A stretch of 64,000 nt of DNA from Lachnospiraceae bacterium (GCA_016281385.1 JAEEIN010000062.1:1494-65493), one strand, 5' to 3'. Positions 47,991 through 57,160 are shown, numbered from the stretch's first letter. Notes: generated by a model not told the origin, from the letters alone. Numbers and translations: made by a program.

Positions 47991-48019
47991 GCAAAAAACT
48001 ATAATATTGGAGGTACATT

Positions 48020-49048
48020 ATGCACATACCCGAGAATTACTTAAGCCCCATCACCTGTGGTGTGATGACCGCCGCAATGGCACCTGTATGGGTACATTCG
48101 GTAAAGAAAGTCGCAAAGGAGCTTCCCAAGGAGAAGATCGCTCTTATCGGAGTAGGCGCAGCATTTTCATTCGTAGGAATGATGTTCAACGTTCCCCTTC
48201 CGGGTGGCACCACGGGACATGCTACCGGCGGAATGCTCATTGCCGCAGTACTGGGACCGGAGGCAGCCTGCCTTGCCATGTCGGCAGCTTTGCTTTTACA
48301 GGCCCTTTTGTTCGGAGACGGAGGCATTCTTTCCTTTGGAGCAAACTGCTTCAACATGGCCTTTGTCCTTCCCTATTTCGGATATTTCATATATCAGCTG
48401 ATCTTAAAGCTTCTTGCAAAGAAGCGGGAGGCAACCTCATCTCAGAAGGTGATCGCTTCGGGTATCGGAGCTTACGCTGCCATCAATGCCGCTGCATTAT
48501 GTGCCGCCATTGAGTTTGGCGTTCAGCCTTACCTGTTCAAGGATGCTGCAGGTCAGGCACTCTATTGTCCTTACGGACTTGATGTTGCCATCCCTTCCAT
48601 GATGATCGGACATCTGACATTGTTCGGTATTGCCGAGGTCGTATTTACAACGGCGATCCTTGCATACATACTAAAGACAGCTCCCGGAGCCGTTAAGAAC
48701 GAGACAGCGGATGATGCGGGAAAGAAGAAGGGCATTACCGCAATATCCATTCTTCTTGCGGCACTTATTGTTCTTGTTCCTTTGGGACTTCTGGCTGAAG
48801 GAACCGCATGGGGCGAATGGGGAACCGATGAGATCGCCGAGATTGAGACAAACGGAGTTGCCCTTGGTTATACACCCGCCGGAATGGAAAACGGCTTTTC
48901 AATGGAAGCACTGATACCGGATTATGCCATAAACGGTCTTCCGGATATTGCGGGATATATTGTTTCTGCTATCATAGGAGTAGCGGTAATGGTAATTTTG
49001 TTCCGTTTGGCAGGAGCAGCATTTAATGGAAAGAAACAAAAAGCTTGA
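48020..49048 (+). CDS. cbiM: Ni/Co ECF transporter substrate component CbiM/NikM (LarMN-like) with a PDGLE-like C-terminus
   Basis: N-terminal MHIP metal-binding motif; MFNVPLPGGTTGH, QALLFGDGG, GTAWGEW and PDY. Confidence 0.88.
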   Translation: MHIPENYLSPITCGVMTAAMAPVWVHSVKKVAKELPKEKIALIGVGAAFSFVGMMFNVPLPGGTTGHATGGMLIAAVLGPEAACLAMSAALLLQALLFGDGGILSFGANCFNMAFVLPYFGYFIYQLILKLLAKKREATSSQKVIASGIGAYAAINAAALCAAIEFGVQPYLFKDAAGQALYCPYGLDVAIPSMMIGHLTLFGIAEVVFTTAILAYILKTAPGAVKNETADDAGKKKGITAISILLAALIVLVPLGLLAEGTAWGEWGTDEIAEIETNGVALGYTPAGMENGFSMEALIPDYAINGLPDIAGYIVSAIIGVAVMVILFRLAGAAFNGKKQKA

Positions 49049-49832
49049 TGAACTTCCGGACTGGATGCTTGAGAAGACCGTTTATGAGCCTGTAAAGGGC
49101 AGGGACGGATTTCTTGCGGGCAGCATGCTCAGGTTCATGAAACTGTTCAGACATTTTCATATGGAGGGGGATTCTTCCGTCACTTATGCGCGCGCAGGTA
49201 TGAGACTTTTGCTGTGCTTAGGTGTTATCGTGATGCTTGCATTGTCCCACAATCTGTTTTACAGCGCATGTGTGGCGGCGGGATTTCTTCTGTATTTATC
49301 TTTTCAGAGGATAGAGGTCATCAAAAGGGTGATCTCATCCTCTTTTTCTGCGTCTTTATTTACACTTCTTGTTATGCTCCCGGCTTACTTTGCATATGGT
49401 TCCGATGCCTTTATCACCATTACGATCAAGGTATTTCTGTCCGTGGGTTCCCTTGCTTTGCTGACGGGGATAACACCCTGGAACAAGATCACGGCAAGTC
49501 TTCGGATGATCAGGATACCAAACGTTGTCATTTTCATTCTGGATATGACGATCCACTACATCCTGCTTCTGGGAAACATCGCCTTTGAAATGCTGGAAGC
49601 CCTGAAAGTACGCAGCATTGGCAGAAACAGGAACAAAAAGGGCAGCTTTTCCGGAATCCTTGGTACGGTTTTTCTTAAAGCGACGGAGATGTCCGAGGAA
49701 ACAAGGCAGGCGATGGAATGCCGGCTCTTTAACGGAAATTATGAAAGAAGAAAAGAAACTTTGCGTTTCGAAAGCTTTATTCCTTCTGTATTTTTGCTGA
49801 TTTATATAGTACTATTGTTGTATCTGAGGTAA
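49026..49832 (+). CDS. cbiQ: ECF transporter T component (CbiQ/NikQ/LarQ)
   Basis: Multiple TMs; ALKVR and AMECR XRX motifs. Confidence 0.82.
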   Translation: MERNKKLDELPDWMLEKTVYEPVKGRDGFLAGSMLRFMKLFRHFHMEGDSSVTYARAGMRLLLCLGVIVMLALSHNLFYSACVAAGFLLYLSFQRIEVIKRVISSSFSASLFTLLVMLPAYFAYGSDAFITITIKVFLSVGSLALLTGITPWNKITASLRMIRIPNVVIFILDMTIHYILLLGNIAFEMLEALKVRSIGRNRNKKGSFSGILGTVFLKATEMSEETRQAMECRLFNGNYERRKETLRFESFIPSVFLLIYIVLLLYLR

Positions 49833-49840
49833 CAAGGCGA

Positions 49841-50506
49841 ATGCTCATAGAATTACGGGATATCAATTTTGAATATGAAGATTCGGTGGCGTTGAAAGAT
49901 ATCACCCTTTCCGTGGAGAAGGGGGAATGCATCGGTCTGGAGGGAGATAACGGAAGCGGAAAATCCACCCTTTTGAAGCTCCTCAACGGGCTTGTTTTTC
50001 AAAGCAGCGGCACTTATCTTTTCAACGGAACGAAGATCGACGGAAAGGTTCTTCAGGATGAGCGATTTTCCAAGGCTTTTCATCAGAGGATAGGGTATAT
50101 CTTCCAGAATCCCGATACCCAGCTTTTCTGCGGAAGCGTAAGGGAAGAGGTCGAGTTCGGTCCGCGACAGATGGGACTTTCCGAGGAAGAGATAAGGAAG
50201 CGGGCTGACGATGTGATCGCCATGATAGGTCTTGAAAAACTTGAAGAAAGACCGCCATATCATTTAAGCGGCGGCGAAAAGAAGAAGACCGCCATTGCCT
50301 GTGTGCTTTCCATGAATCCGGAGATACTTATGATCGACGAGCCCATGAGCGGCCTTGACCGCAAGACCCGGGAATGGATGCTCGGATTTTTAAAAGCATG
50401 GAAGAAAGCGGGAAAAACGCTGATCATAGTCACACATGATGAAAAACTGTTGACCGAGATCGCCGACAGGGTTGTCACTATCGGCGAGGACCACAGGATC
50501 GTCTGA
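49841..50506 (+). CDS. cbiO: ECF transporter ATPase (CbiO/NikO/LarO)
   Basis: GDNGSGKST, FQNPDTQLF, HLSGGEKK and IDEP. Confidence 0.88.
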   Translation: MLIELRDINFEYEDSVALKDITLSVEKGECIGLEGDNGSGKSTLLKLLNGLVFQSSGTYLFNGTKIDGKVLQDERFSKAFHQRIGYIFQNPDTQLFCGSVREEVEFGPRQMGLSEEEIRKRADDVIAMIGLEKLEERPPYHLSGGEKKKTAIACVLSMNPEILMIDEPMSGLDRKTREWMLGFLKAWKKAGKTLIIVTHDEKLLTEIADRVVTIGEDHRIV

Positions 50507-50521
50507 TCGGAAAGGCTGTTT

Positions 50522-51277
50522 ATGGATAAAAACGAATTGAGAGTCCTTTTGGAAGCCTACAAAGAAGGGGCTGTAACTGAGGACGAGATCATCTTGAAGA
50601 TAAAGGAGGCGCCCTTTGAAGATCTTGGTTATGCCAGGATCGATACCCACAGAGGTTTAAGACAGGGCGTGAATGAAGTCATCTACGGGGCGGGCAAGAC
50701 ACCCGAGCAGGTGCTTGGCATTGCAAGGGCGATGCGCGAAAAGAGTGACCGCCCGATACTGATCACCCGGATGAAACCCGATGCGGTGGAACTGATGGAG
50801 GGACAGCCCGACATACAGTTTAGCTACGACCCTGCAAGCAGGATCGGTATCTGCGGCACGATCCCCGAACCTGACGGACTTGGGAAGATCGTTGTTGTTA
50901 CGGGTGGGACCAGTGACATGCCTGTAGCCGAGGAAGCCGCAAAAACCGCTGAGTTTCTCGGAAATGAAGTGGAAAGGGTGTATGACGCGGGTGTCGCAGG
51001 TCTTCACAGACTCCTCTCCAAGCTTGACGTGCTGATGAGCGCAAAGGTTGTTATTGCCATTGCGGGAATGGAAGGGGCCCTTGCCAGTGTCGTTGGCGGA
51101 CTCGTTGACTGTCCTGTCATCGCAGTGCCCACCAGTATCGGTTACGGAGCAAGCTTCAACGGACTTTCCGCACTTTTGTCGATGCTTAATTCCTGCGCCA
51201 GCGGAGTGAGCGTGGTCAACATAGACAACGGGTTCGGCGCTGCCTATCAGGCAAGTATGATCAATCACGTGAAATGA
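50522..51277 (+). CDS. larB: Nickel pincer cofactor biosynthesis protein LarB
   Basis: [56 protein letters not shown] and [11 protein letters not shown]. Confidence 0.93.
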   Translation: MDKNELRVLLEAYKEGAVTEDEIILKIKEAPFEDLGYARIDTHRGLRQGVNEVIYGAGKTPEQVLGIARAMREKSDRPILITRMKPDAVELMEGQPDIQFSYDPASRIGICGTIPEPDGLGKIVVVTGGTSDMPVAEEAAKTAEFLGNEVERVYDAGVAGLHRLLSKLDVLMSAKVVIAIAGMEGALASVVGGLVDCPVIAVPTSIGYGASFNGLSALLSMLNSCASGVSVVNIDNGFGAAYQASMINHVK

Positions 51278-51284
51278 GGCATGA

Positions 51285-52592
51285 ATGAAAACTTTATATA
51301 TCGAATGTAATATGGGCGCAGCCGGAGACATGCTGACTGCGGCACTGCTGGAGCTGCTTCCCGAAGAGAAGCAGAAAGCTTTTTTTTCAAAATTCAATGA
51401 TCACGTTCTTGAAGGAGTGGCTGTTTCCTGCGAGAAGGTCACAAAATGCGGCATCGAAGGCACCCACATGATCGTGACCGTCAACGGCGAGGAAGAAGAA
51501 AGTGTGGATGAGCACGCTTATCACCATCATGACCATGAGGAACATGATCACCACCACCATCACGATCACGAGGAACATGATCATCACGAGCATGAACATC
51601 ATCATGACCATGAAGAGCACGATCATGATCACGGGCATCACCATCACCACTACAGTATGAAGGATGTTACGAATACGATCCGTTCCATGGATGTTCCCGA
51701 AAATGTGAAGGAAAAGGCCATAAAGGTATACGGGCTCATAGCTGAAGCCGAAAGCCATGCTCACGGAAAGCCCGTGGAGGAAGTTCATTTCCACGAGGTC
51801 GGAAGCAAGGATGCGATAGTCGATGTTACTGCCGTCTGCTATCTTATGAATGAGATCGGGGCAAAACGGGTTGTTGTTTCACCCATACATGTGGGGTCGG
51901 GACAGGTTCGCTGCGCTCACGGAGTAATGCCGGTTCCCGCACCTGCTACGGAGTATATCCTTCGGGGTGTGCCCACATATCAGGGAAAGATAAAGGGAGA
52001 GCTCTGTACTCCCACCGGTGCCGCACTTCTTAAATCCTTTGCGGATGATTTCGGCCCTCAGCCTTTGATGAAGGTTGAAAAGACCGGTATCGGCTGCGGA
52101 AAGAAGGATTTCGAGGCTGCAAACTGCGTGAGGGTATTTCTCGGTGAGACCGTGTCGGAAAGAAGCGGTGATTCCATCATTGAACTTGATGCAAATGTGG
52201 ATGACATGACTGCCGAAGAGATCGGCTTTGCCATGGACAGGCTCTTTGCCGCAGGGGCAAGAGAGGTATTTACTATCCCGGTCCAGATGAAGAAGAACCG
52301 TCCGGGAACGCTCATTACCGTTATCTGTACGGAAGATACAAAGGAAAGTGTTGTTTCTGCATTCTTTAAACATACCACTACCATCGGTATCCGCGAGAAG
52401 AAGTGTGAGAGATACGTTTTGTCAAGGACGGCGGGAGTGATCCGCACGGAGTTTGGGGATATGCGGACAAAGACTTCGGAAGGCTATGGAGTGAAGCGTA
52501 CAAAGATCGAATTCGACGATGCGGCCAAAATCGCTGAAGCGACGGGAATGTCACTTCGTGAAGTGAGGGCCTTGCCGGAAAAGAATGATTGA
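51285..52592 (+). CDS. larC: Nickel pincer cofactor biosynthesis protein LarC (single fused ORF)
   Basis: GAAGDM, His-rich tract, HFHEVG, HGVMPVPAPAT, GELCTPTGAA, ANVDD, MKKNRPG and TTIGIR. Confidence 0.93.
   Translation: MKTLYIECNMGAAGDMLTAALLELLPEEKQKAFFSKFNDHVLEGVAVSCEKVTKCGIEGTHMIVTVNGEEEESVDEHAYHHHDHEEHDHHHHHDHEEHDHHEHEHHHDHEEHDHDHGHHHHHYSMKDVTNTIRSMDVPENVKEKAIKVYGLIAEAESHAHGKPVEEVHFHEVGSKDAIVDVTAVCYLMNEIGAKRVVVSPIHVGSGQVRCAHGVMPVPAPATEYILRGVPTYQGKIKGELCTPTGAALLKSFADDFGPQPLMKVEKTGIGCGKKDFEAANCVRVFLGETVSERSGDSIIELDANVDDMTAEEIGFAMDRLFAAGAREVFTIPVQMKKNRPGTLITVICTEDTKESVVSAFFKHTTTIGIREKKCERYVLSRTAGVIRTEFGDMRTKTSEGYGVKRTKIEFDDAAKIAEATGMSLREVRALPEKND
51513..51650 (+). repeat. His-rich coding repeat in larC
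   Basis: HDHEEHDH occurs three times within a His/Asp/Glu tract of about 46 codons. Confidence 0.85.
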
Positions 52593-52665
52593 TACATAGA
52601 GGGGGTTCTTGATAAGATTGACAAATAATTGACGATTTTTGTCCAATATTTCGTTATGGGGTAAA

Positions 52666-52721
52666 TTGACAACGGGTAACAATAAAATTACGCTATAAAC
52701 AAAGACAGTGATATCACTGTC
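52666..52721 (+). promoter_or_regulatory. xfp promoter with a perfect 18-bp palindromic operator
   Basis: TTGACA (52666), 17 nt, TACGCT (52689). GACAGTGATATCACTGTC at 52704-52721, just downstream of the predicted start site. Confidence 0.7.
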
Positions 52722-52748
52722 GCCATCAAAAAAAGAAAGGCGTTTATC

Positions 52749-55130
52749 ATGAGTTCAATTATCGAAGAAAAAGGCCCTATAACAGACGAACTGTTGGCCA
52801 AAATGGACAAGTACTTCCGTGCGGCAAACTATTTATCCGCAGGACAGCTCTATCTTCTTGAGAACCCTCTTCTTAAGAAGCCCCTTACCATGGATATGGT
52901 AAAGAAGAAGATCGTAGGTCACTGGGGAACTGTTCCCGGACAGAACTTTGTTTTTACACATCTTAACCGTGTCATCAAGAGATACGATCTTGACATGATC
53001 CTCCTCTCCGGCCCCGGACACGGCGGAAATTTCTTTATTGCAAACGATTATATCGACGGCTCCTACAGCGAGATCTATCCCAACGTTTCAAGGGATGAAG
53101 AGGGTATGCAGAAGCTCTTTAAGCAGTTCTCATTCCCCGGCGGAGTTCCCAGCCACTGTGCTCCCGAAACTCCCGGTTCCATCCATGAAGGCGGAGAGCT
53201 TGGTTATTCCATCGCTCACGGCTGCGGAGCTATCTTTGATAACCCCGATCTTATAGCAACCGTTGTTGTAGGTGACGGTGAGGCTGAGACGGGTCCTCTT
53301 GCCACTTCCTGGCAGTGTAACAAATTCATCAACCCCGTTGGAGACGGTGCGGTACTGCCCATCCTCCACTTAAACGGATACAAGATCGCCAACCCCACCA
53401 TTTTCGGAAGACTTTCCAAGCAGGAGTTGACCGATTTCTTCCATGGAAACGGCTGGGAGCCTTACTTTGTTGAAGGCGACGATCCCATGACCATGCACAG
53501 ACAGATGGCAGAGACCATGGACAAGGTCATCGAGAGCATCCTTGCGATTCAGAAGAATGCCCGTGAGAACAACGATGCAACCCGTCCCGTATGGCCCATG
53601 ATCGTTCTTCGTACACCCAAGGGATGGACAGGTCCGAAGGTTGTTGACGGAAACCGCATCGAAGGCAACTTCCTTGCTCACCAGGTTCCCATCACAATGG
53701 ACAAGCCCGAACATCTCGGAATCCTTACCGACTGGCTTAAGAGCTATCATCCCGAGGAACTTTTCGATGAAAACGGAGCTCCCATTCAGGAGATCGTTGA
53801 TCTTGCACCCAAGGGAGATGCACGTCTTGGTATGAACCCTCATGCTAACGGCGGTAAGCTTCTTCGCGACTTAAGACTTCCCGATTTCCGTAATTATGCA
53901 TTTGATATCGGAAGCCATGGTGCCAAGGAAAGCCAGGATACATCAAACCTCGGAAATTACATCCGTGACGTATTCAAGCTTAATGCCGAGGCAAAGAACT
54001 TCCGTATCTTCTCACCGGATGAAAACAACTCCAACCGTTTCAGCGCAGTATTCGAAGTTGAGAACAGAGACTGGAACGCAGATCAGACCGATCTTGACGA
54101 TCATCTTTCGAGATTCGGCCGCGTAATGGATTCAATGCTTTCAGAGCATATGTGTGAAGGCTGGTTAGAGGGATATCTTCTTACCGGACGTCACGGTTTC
54201 TTCAATACATACGAGGCATTTTCAAGGATCATCGACTCCATGGCAGCCCAGCACGCAAAGTGGCTTAAGGTTTGCAGCCAGCTTCCCTGGAGAGAGGAGA
54301 TCGCATCTCTTAACCTCCTTATGTGCTCCACCGTATGGCAGCAGGACCACAACGGATTCACACACCAGGATCCCGGTTTTATGGATCACCTTGCAAACAA
54401 GAAAGCAGACGTTGTCCGCATCTACCTTCCCGCTGACACCAACTGTCTCCTTTCAACAATGGATCACTGCTTAAGAAGCCGTGATTATGTGAACGTTGTT
54501 ATTGCCAGCAAGCATCCCCGTCCCCAGTGGCTTTCAATGCCCGAGGCAGTAAAGCACTGTACACAGGGTATCGGTATCTGGGACTGGGCTTCCAACGATC
54601 AGGGTCAGGAACCCGACATCGTATTTGCCTGCGCAGGTGAGACTCCTACACTTGAAGCTCTTGCAGCAGTATCGATCTTACGTGAAGAACTTCCCGAGCT
54701 TAAGATCCGTTTCATAAATGTCGTAGACTTATTCAAACTTCAGCCCGCAAGTGAGCACCCTCACGGACTTACAGATGCTGAGTACGATATGCTCTTCACG
54801 ACAAACAAGCCCGTGATCTTCAACTTCCACGGTTATGCAACCCTGGTACATGAGCTTACCTACCGTCGTCACAACAACCGTCTGATGCACGTTCGCGGTT
54901 ACAAAGAAGAAGGAACCATCACAACCTCCTTCGACGTACGTGTTCAGAACGACATAGACCGTTTCCATCTTGTTCAGGACGCTCTCAAGTTCCTGCCTCA
55001 GCTTGGAAACAAGGGCGCTTACCTCTACCAGAAGATGAGCGACAAGCTTGTTGAGCACAAGCAGTACATCCACGACTTCGGTGTAGACCTTCCCGAAGTA
55101 GCAGAGTGGAAATGGAAAGACTGCAAGTAA
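52749..55130 (+). CDS. xfp: Xylulose-5-phosphate/fructose-6-phosphate phosphoketolase
   Basis: [56 protein letters not shown] and [10 protein letters not shown]. Confidence 0.95.
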   Translation: MSSIIEEKGPITDELLAKMDKYFRAANYLSAGQLYLLENPLLKKPLTMDMVKKKIVGHWGTVPGQNFVFTHLNRVIKRYDLDMILLSGPGHGGNFFIANDYIDGSYSEIYPNVSRDEEGMQKLFKQFSFPGGVPSHCAPETPGSIHEGGELGYSIAHGCGAIFDNPDLIATVVVGDGEAETGPLATSWQCNKFINPVGDGAVLPILHLNGYKIANPTIFGRLSKQELTDFFHGNGWEPYFVEGDDPMTMHRQMAETMDKVIESILAIQKNARENNDATRPVWPMIVLRTPKGWTGPKVVDGNRIEGNFLAHQVPITMDKPEHLGILTDWLKSYHPEELFDENGAPIQEIVDLAPKGDARLGMNPHANGGKLLRDLRLPDFRNYAFDIGSHGAKESQDTSNLGNYIRDVFKLNAEAKNFRIFSPDENNSNRFSAVFEVENRDWNADQTDLDDHLSRFGRVMDSMLSEHMCEGWLEGYLLTGRHGFFNTYEAFSRIIDSMAAQHAKWLKVCSQLPWREEIASLNLLMCSTVWQQDHNGFTHQDPGFMDHLANKKADVVRIYLPADTNCLLSTMDHCLRSRDYVNVVIASKHPRPQWLSMPEAVKHCTQGIGIWDWASNDQGQEPDIVFACAGETPTLEALAAVSILREELPELKIRFINVVDLFKLQPASEHPHGLTDAEYDMLFTTNKPVIFNFHGYATLVHELTYRRHNNRLMHVRGYKEEGTITTSFDVRVQNDIDRFHLVQDALKFLPQLGNKGAYLYQKMSDKLVEHKQYIHDFGVDLPEVAEWKWKDCK

Positions 55131-55143
55131 TCGTATAATGAAA

Positions 55144-55178
55144 CACCCCGCGAATGTCTTTCGCGGGGTGCTTTTTTT
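55144..55178 (+). terminator. Intrinsic terminator after xfp
   Basis: CACCCCGCGAA-TGTCT-TTCGCGGGGTG-C-TTTTTTT. Confidence 0.9.
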
Positions 55179-55199
55179 CTGTATAAGTTTTATGCTTGA

Positions 55200-56186
55200 T
55201 TATTCTTTTTCTATGAAGATCTTACAGATTCCAATGAATGCCGCATATATGATTCCGGCAACAGGGAAGATGATCCCTGCAAGCTGCCACTTGTTGTAAC
55301 CGAGACCGAACACCATGAACACCGCAACCACGAGGCACCAGTAAGCGCCGCTGAGCTTTGATGATATCCTGTCCGCCCTTTTCTGTTCGGGAGTAGGCAT
55401 GTCCTCTTTAAGGAGCTTCTTATAGATCCCCTCGGTCCTTCCGGTGTAAATGAGGATTCCGACACCGCATGCAACCATAACAAGAAGAAGACTTACCATG
55501 GATACGATCACCAATGCGGGAGCGCTCAGGATTCCCGAGGTAACAACACCGATGGGGCTTAAGATGAACAAAGCAACCGCAAGTGTTGTAAGTAAAAGGC
55601 GCTTCTTTTCAAAAGCATTTTTCTTTTCCTTTACCATTCCGTCAACGCCGTAAAGTGTGTCATATTCTTCTTTTTCCATGAAGGCCATATCCTTTTCCTT
55701 GGCTTCTATGGTGATCCACATGATCACTCCTACGACAATACATATAAACAAACAGATCAGACCCAAAGCTGCGGCTGCAACTTCAGAGATCACATTGGGC
55801 ATAACGGATGACACGCCTGCCAGTTCTATGAGGATCACCGGGCATAAAACAAAGAGCATTGTTGCGATAACTGCTGCGGGGGTATTTCTTTTTACGATCT
55901 CTATATAAGATGAAGCATCTTCAAGAGAAACCTTTCTTACGTTTACAATTTCTGACACATCTGTCGCAACGTTTCCGGGTTCAGCCTCAATCTCATCTTT
56001 TAAAAGGTAATCCGTGCTTACACCGAAGATTTCGGCAAGCTTTATTATCTTCGCAAGATCGGGAACCGCCTGTGCGCTTTCCCATTTGGAAACCGACTGT
56101 CTTGATACCGAAAGCATCTCTGCCAGCTCCTCCTGTGACCATCCGTTCTTTTTTCTTTCGTTAATAATTTTGTCTGCAAGTATCAT
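55200..56186 (-). CDS. XRE-family HTH regulator with C-terminal membrane segments
   Basis: MILADKIINERKKNGWSQEELAEMLSVSRQSVSKWE...PDL..IIKLAEIFGVSTDYLL, then about 6 TM segments. RBS AAAGGA before ATG 56186. Confidence 0.88.
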   Translation of the reverse strand: MILADKIINERKKNGWSQEELAEMLSVSRQSVSKWESAQAVPDLAKIIKLAEIFGVSTDYLLKDEIEAEPGNVATDVSEIVNVRKVSLEDASSYIEIVKRNTPAAVIATMLFVLCPVILIELAGVSSVMPNVISEVAAAALGLICLFICIVVGVIMWITIEAKEKDMAFMEKEEYDTLYGVDGMVKEKKNAFEKKRLLLTTLAVALFILSPIGVVTSGILSAPALVIVSMVSLLLVMVACGVGILIYTGRTEGIYKKLLKEDMPTPEQKRADRISSKLSGAYWCLVVAVFMVFGLGYNKWQLAGIIFPVAGIIYAAFIGICKIFIEKE

Positions 56187-56420
56187 TTTTATATCCTTTC
56201 CGGGCTTTGCCCTGTGTATTTCACCGGGCAAATTCATTTTAACGTTTTGCCCTTTCGTTTACAATGCGATCATACAAAAATCCCCGGTTGCATTCTAACA
56301 ATCAGGCTTTTCAATTTGTCAACCGACGGTTGCAATTGCGCATTTTGGGGGCAAAAATGAAGCGCAAATCCTTCATACGAGAAATTTGCACAGGAGATAT
56401 AAGCAATGGTTAAAAAGTGT

Positions 56421-56450
56421 TTGACACGAACAAATGTTCAGGGTTAAAAT
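56421..56450 (+). promoter_or_regulatory. Sigma-A promoter with a Firmicutes LexA (SOS/Cheo) box in the spacer
   Basis: TTGACA (56421), CGAACAAATGTTCA (56427-56440), TAAAAT (56445). Confidence 0.8.
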
Positions 56451-56540
56451 AATCTTGGGCATTACCTAAAACGGTAAGCGGTTCGCCTTTTGCACCGGAT
56501 AGACTGTATCCGCACTCCCAGTTTAAAGGAGGTGTTGCGT

Positions 56541-56714
56541 ATGGGAAATCTGAAGAAAGGCAGGCTTTACAGTAGTTGTATGGACTTACTGGCAATACTT
56601 GGTTCCGTAGCTTCGATTGTGGGAACGATCCTTACAGTCGTCTATAGGATCATGGACGTCAGAAGTAAAAAACATAGAACGAAAAAAAGCAACCGCCATT
56701 TCGCCAAGGACTAA
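56541..56714 (+). CDS. Putative type I toxin: small single-TM peptide with a basic C-terminus
   Basis: SD AAAGGAGGTG then MGNLKKGRLYSSCMDLLAILGSVASIVGTILTVVYRIMDVRSKKHRTKKSNRHFAKD (57 aa; 44 aa from Met 56580). The mRNA ends are complementary to each other. Confidence 0.75.
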   Translation: MGNLKKGRLYSSCMDLLAILGSVASIVGTILTVVYRIMDVRSKKHRTKKSNRHFAKD

Positions 56715-56776
56715 GTTGCTTTTTTTCGTAACTATAAACTAAGGCGAACCGTTTGCTATAGGTAATGCCTTTTTGC
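56679..56776 (-). ncRNA. Putative antisense antitoxin RNA (about 100 nt)
   Basis: Minus-strand promoter TTGATT (56811-56806), 17 nt, TATTCT (56788-56783) with extended TG. It ends at the 15-bp inverted repeat 56679-56693/56715-56729 and overlaps the toxin 3' end. Confidence 0.65.
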
Positions 56777-56823
56777 ACTTAAAGAATAGCATTATAATCT
56801 GAAAAAATCAATAGATAGGGGAT

Positions 56824-56868
56824 AACACAAAGATCCGGCGGGAATTGCTTCCGCCGGATCTTCGTGTT
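56824..56868. terminator. Strong hairpin terminating the minus-strand microprotein gene and insulating the TA locus
   Basis: AACAC-A-AAGATCCGGCGG...CCGCCGGATCTT-C-GTGTT. Confidence 0.8.
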
Positions 56869-56883
56869 GAAAGGAACTATAAT

Positions 56884-57003
56884 CTATCGTGCTGTAGTCT
56901 TTTTCATTTCATCCCATGCGATGGAACCGAAGATAACCAGTCCTGCGCCTGCAATGATAATTGTTGCTGCTATAGAAAGGATGCTTCCTAATAAACTTAA
57001 CAT
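56884..57003 (-). CDS. 39-aa hydrophobic membrane microprotein (absent from the ORF track)
   Basis: MLSLLGSILSIAATIIIAGAGLVIFGSIAWDEMKKTTAR*. SD GGAGGT 6 nt upstream, promoter TTCACT-17-TATACT (57078-57050) and a downstream terminator. Confidence 0.75.
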   Translation of the reverse strand: MLSLLGSILSIAATIIIAGAGLVIFGSIAWDEMKKTTAR

Positions 57004-57160
57004 ATGTATACCTCCCGGATAAACCGAATTGTTTTCTTCTTACACTTACAGTATAAGATGGGAACTGCGAAAAGTGAAACGACAAAAAGTTATGTTTGTG
57101 ATAAGTAACACTTGAGGCAAAAACGGTTTGTTGTTACAATAAAGTCAAGGAGAAAATGAA

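Noticed and set aside
48000-48005. TATAAT after the leader terminator as an independent cbiM promoter
   Set aside because: There is no credible -35, and the implied start site would fall inside the Shine-Dalgarno. It is not fully excluded without TSS data.
51513-51650. CAT/CAC-rich tandem-like repeat as a possible VNTR or array
   Set aside because: It is the in-frame His-rich nickel-binding tract expected in LarC.
56490-56540. TTG start giving a 74-aa toxin ORF
   Set aside because: No SD precedes it. The strong SD is before ATG 56541 and this stretch is the structured 5' UTR.
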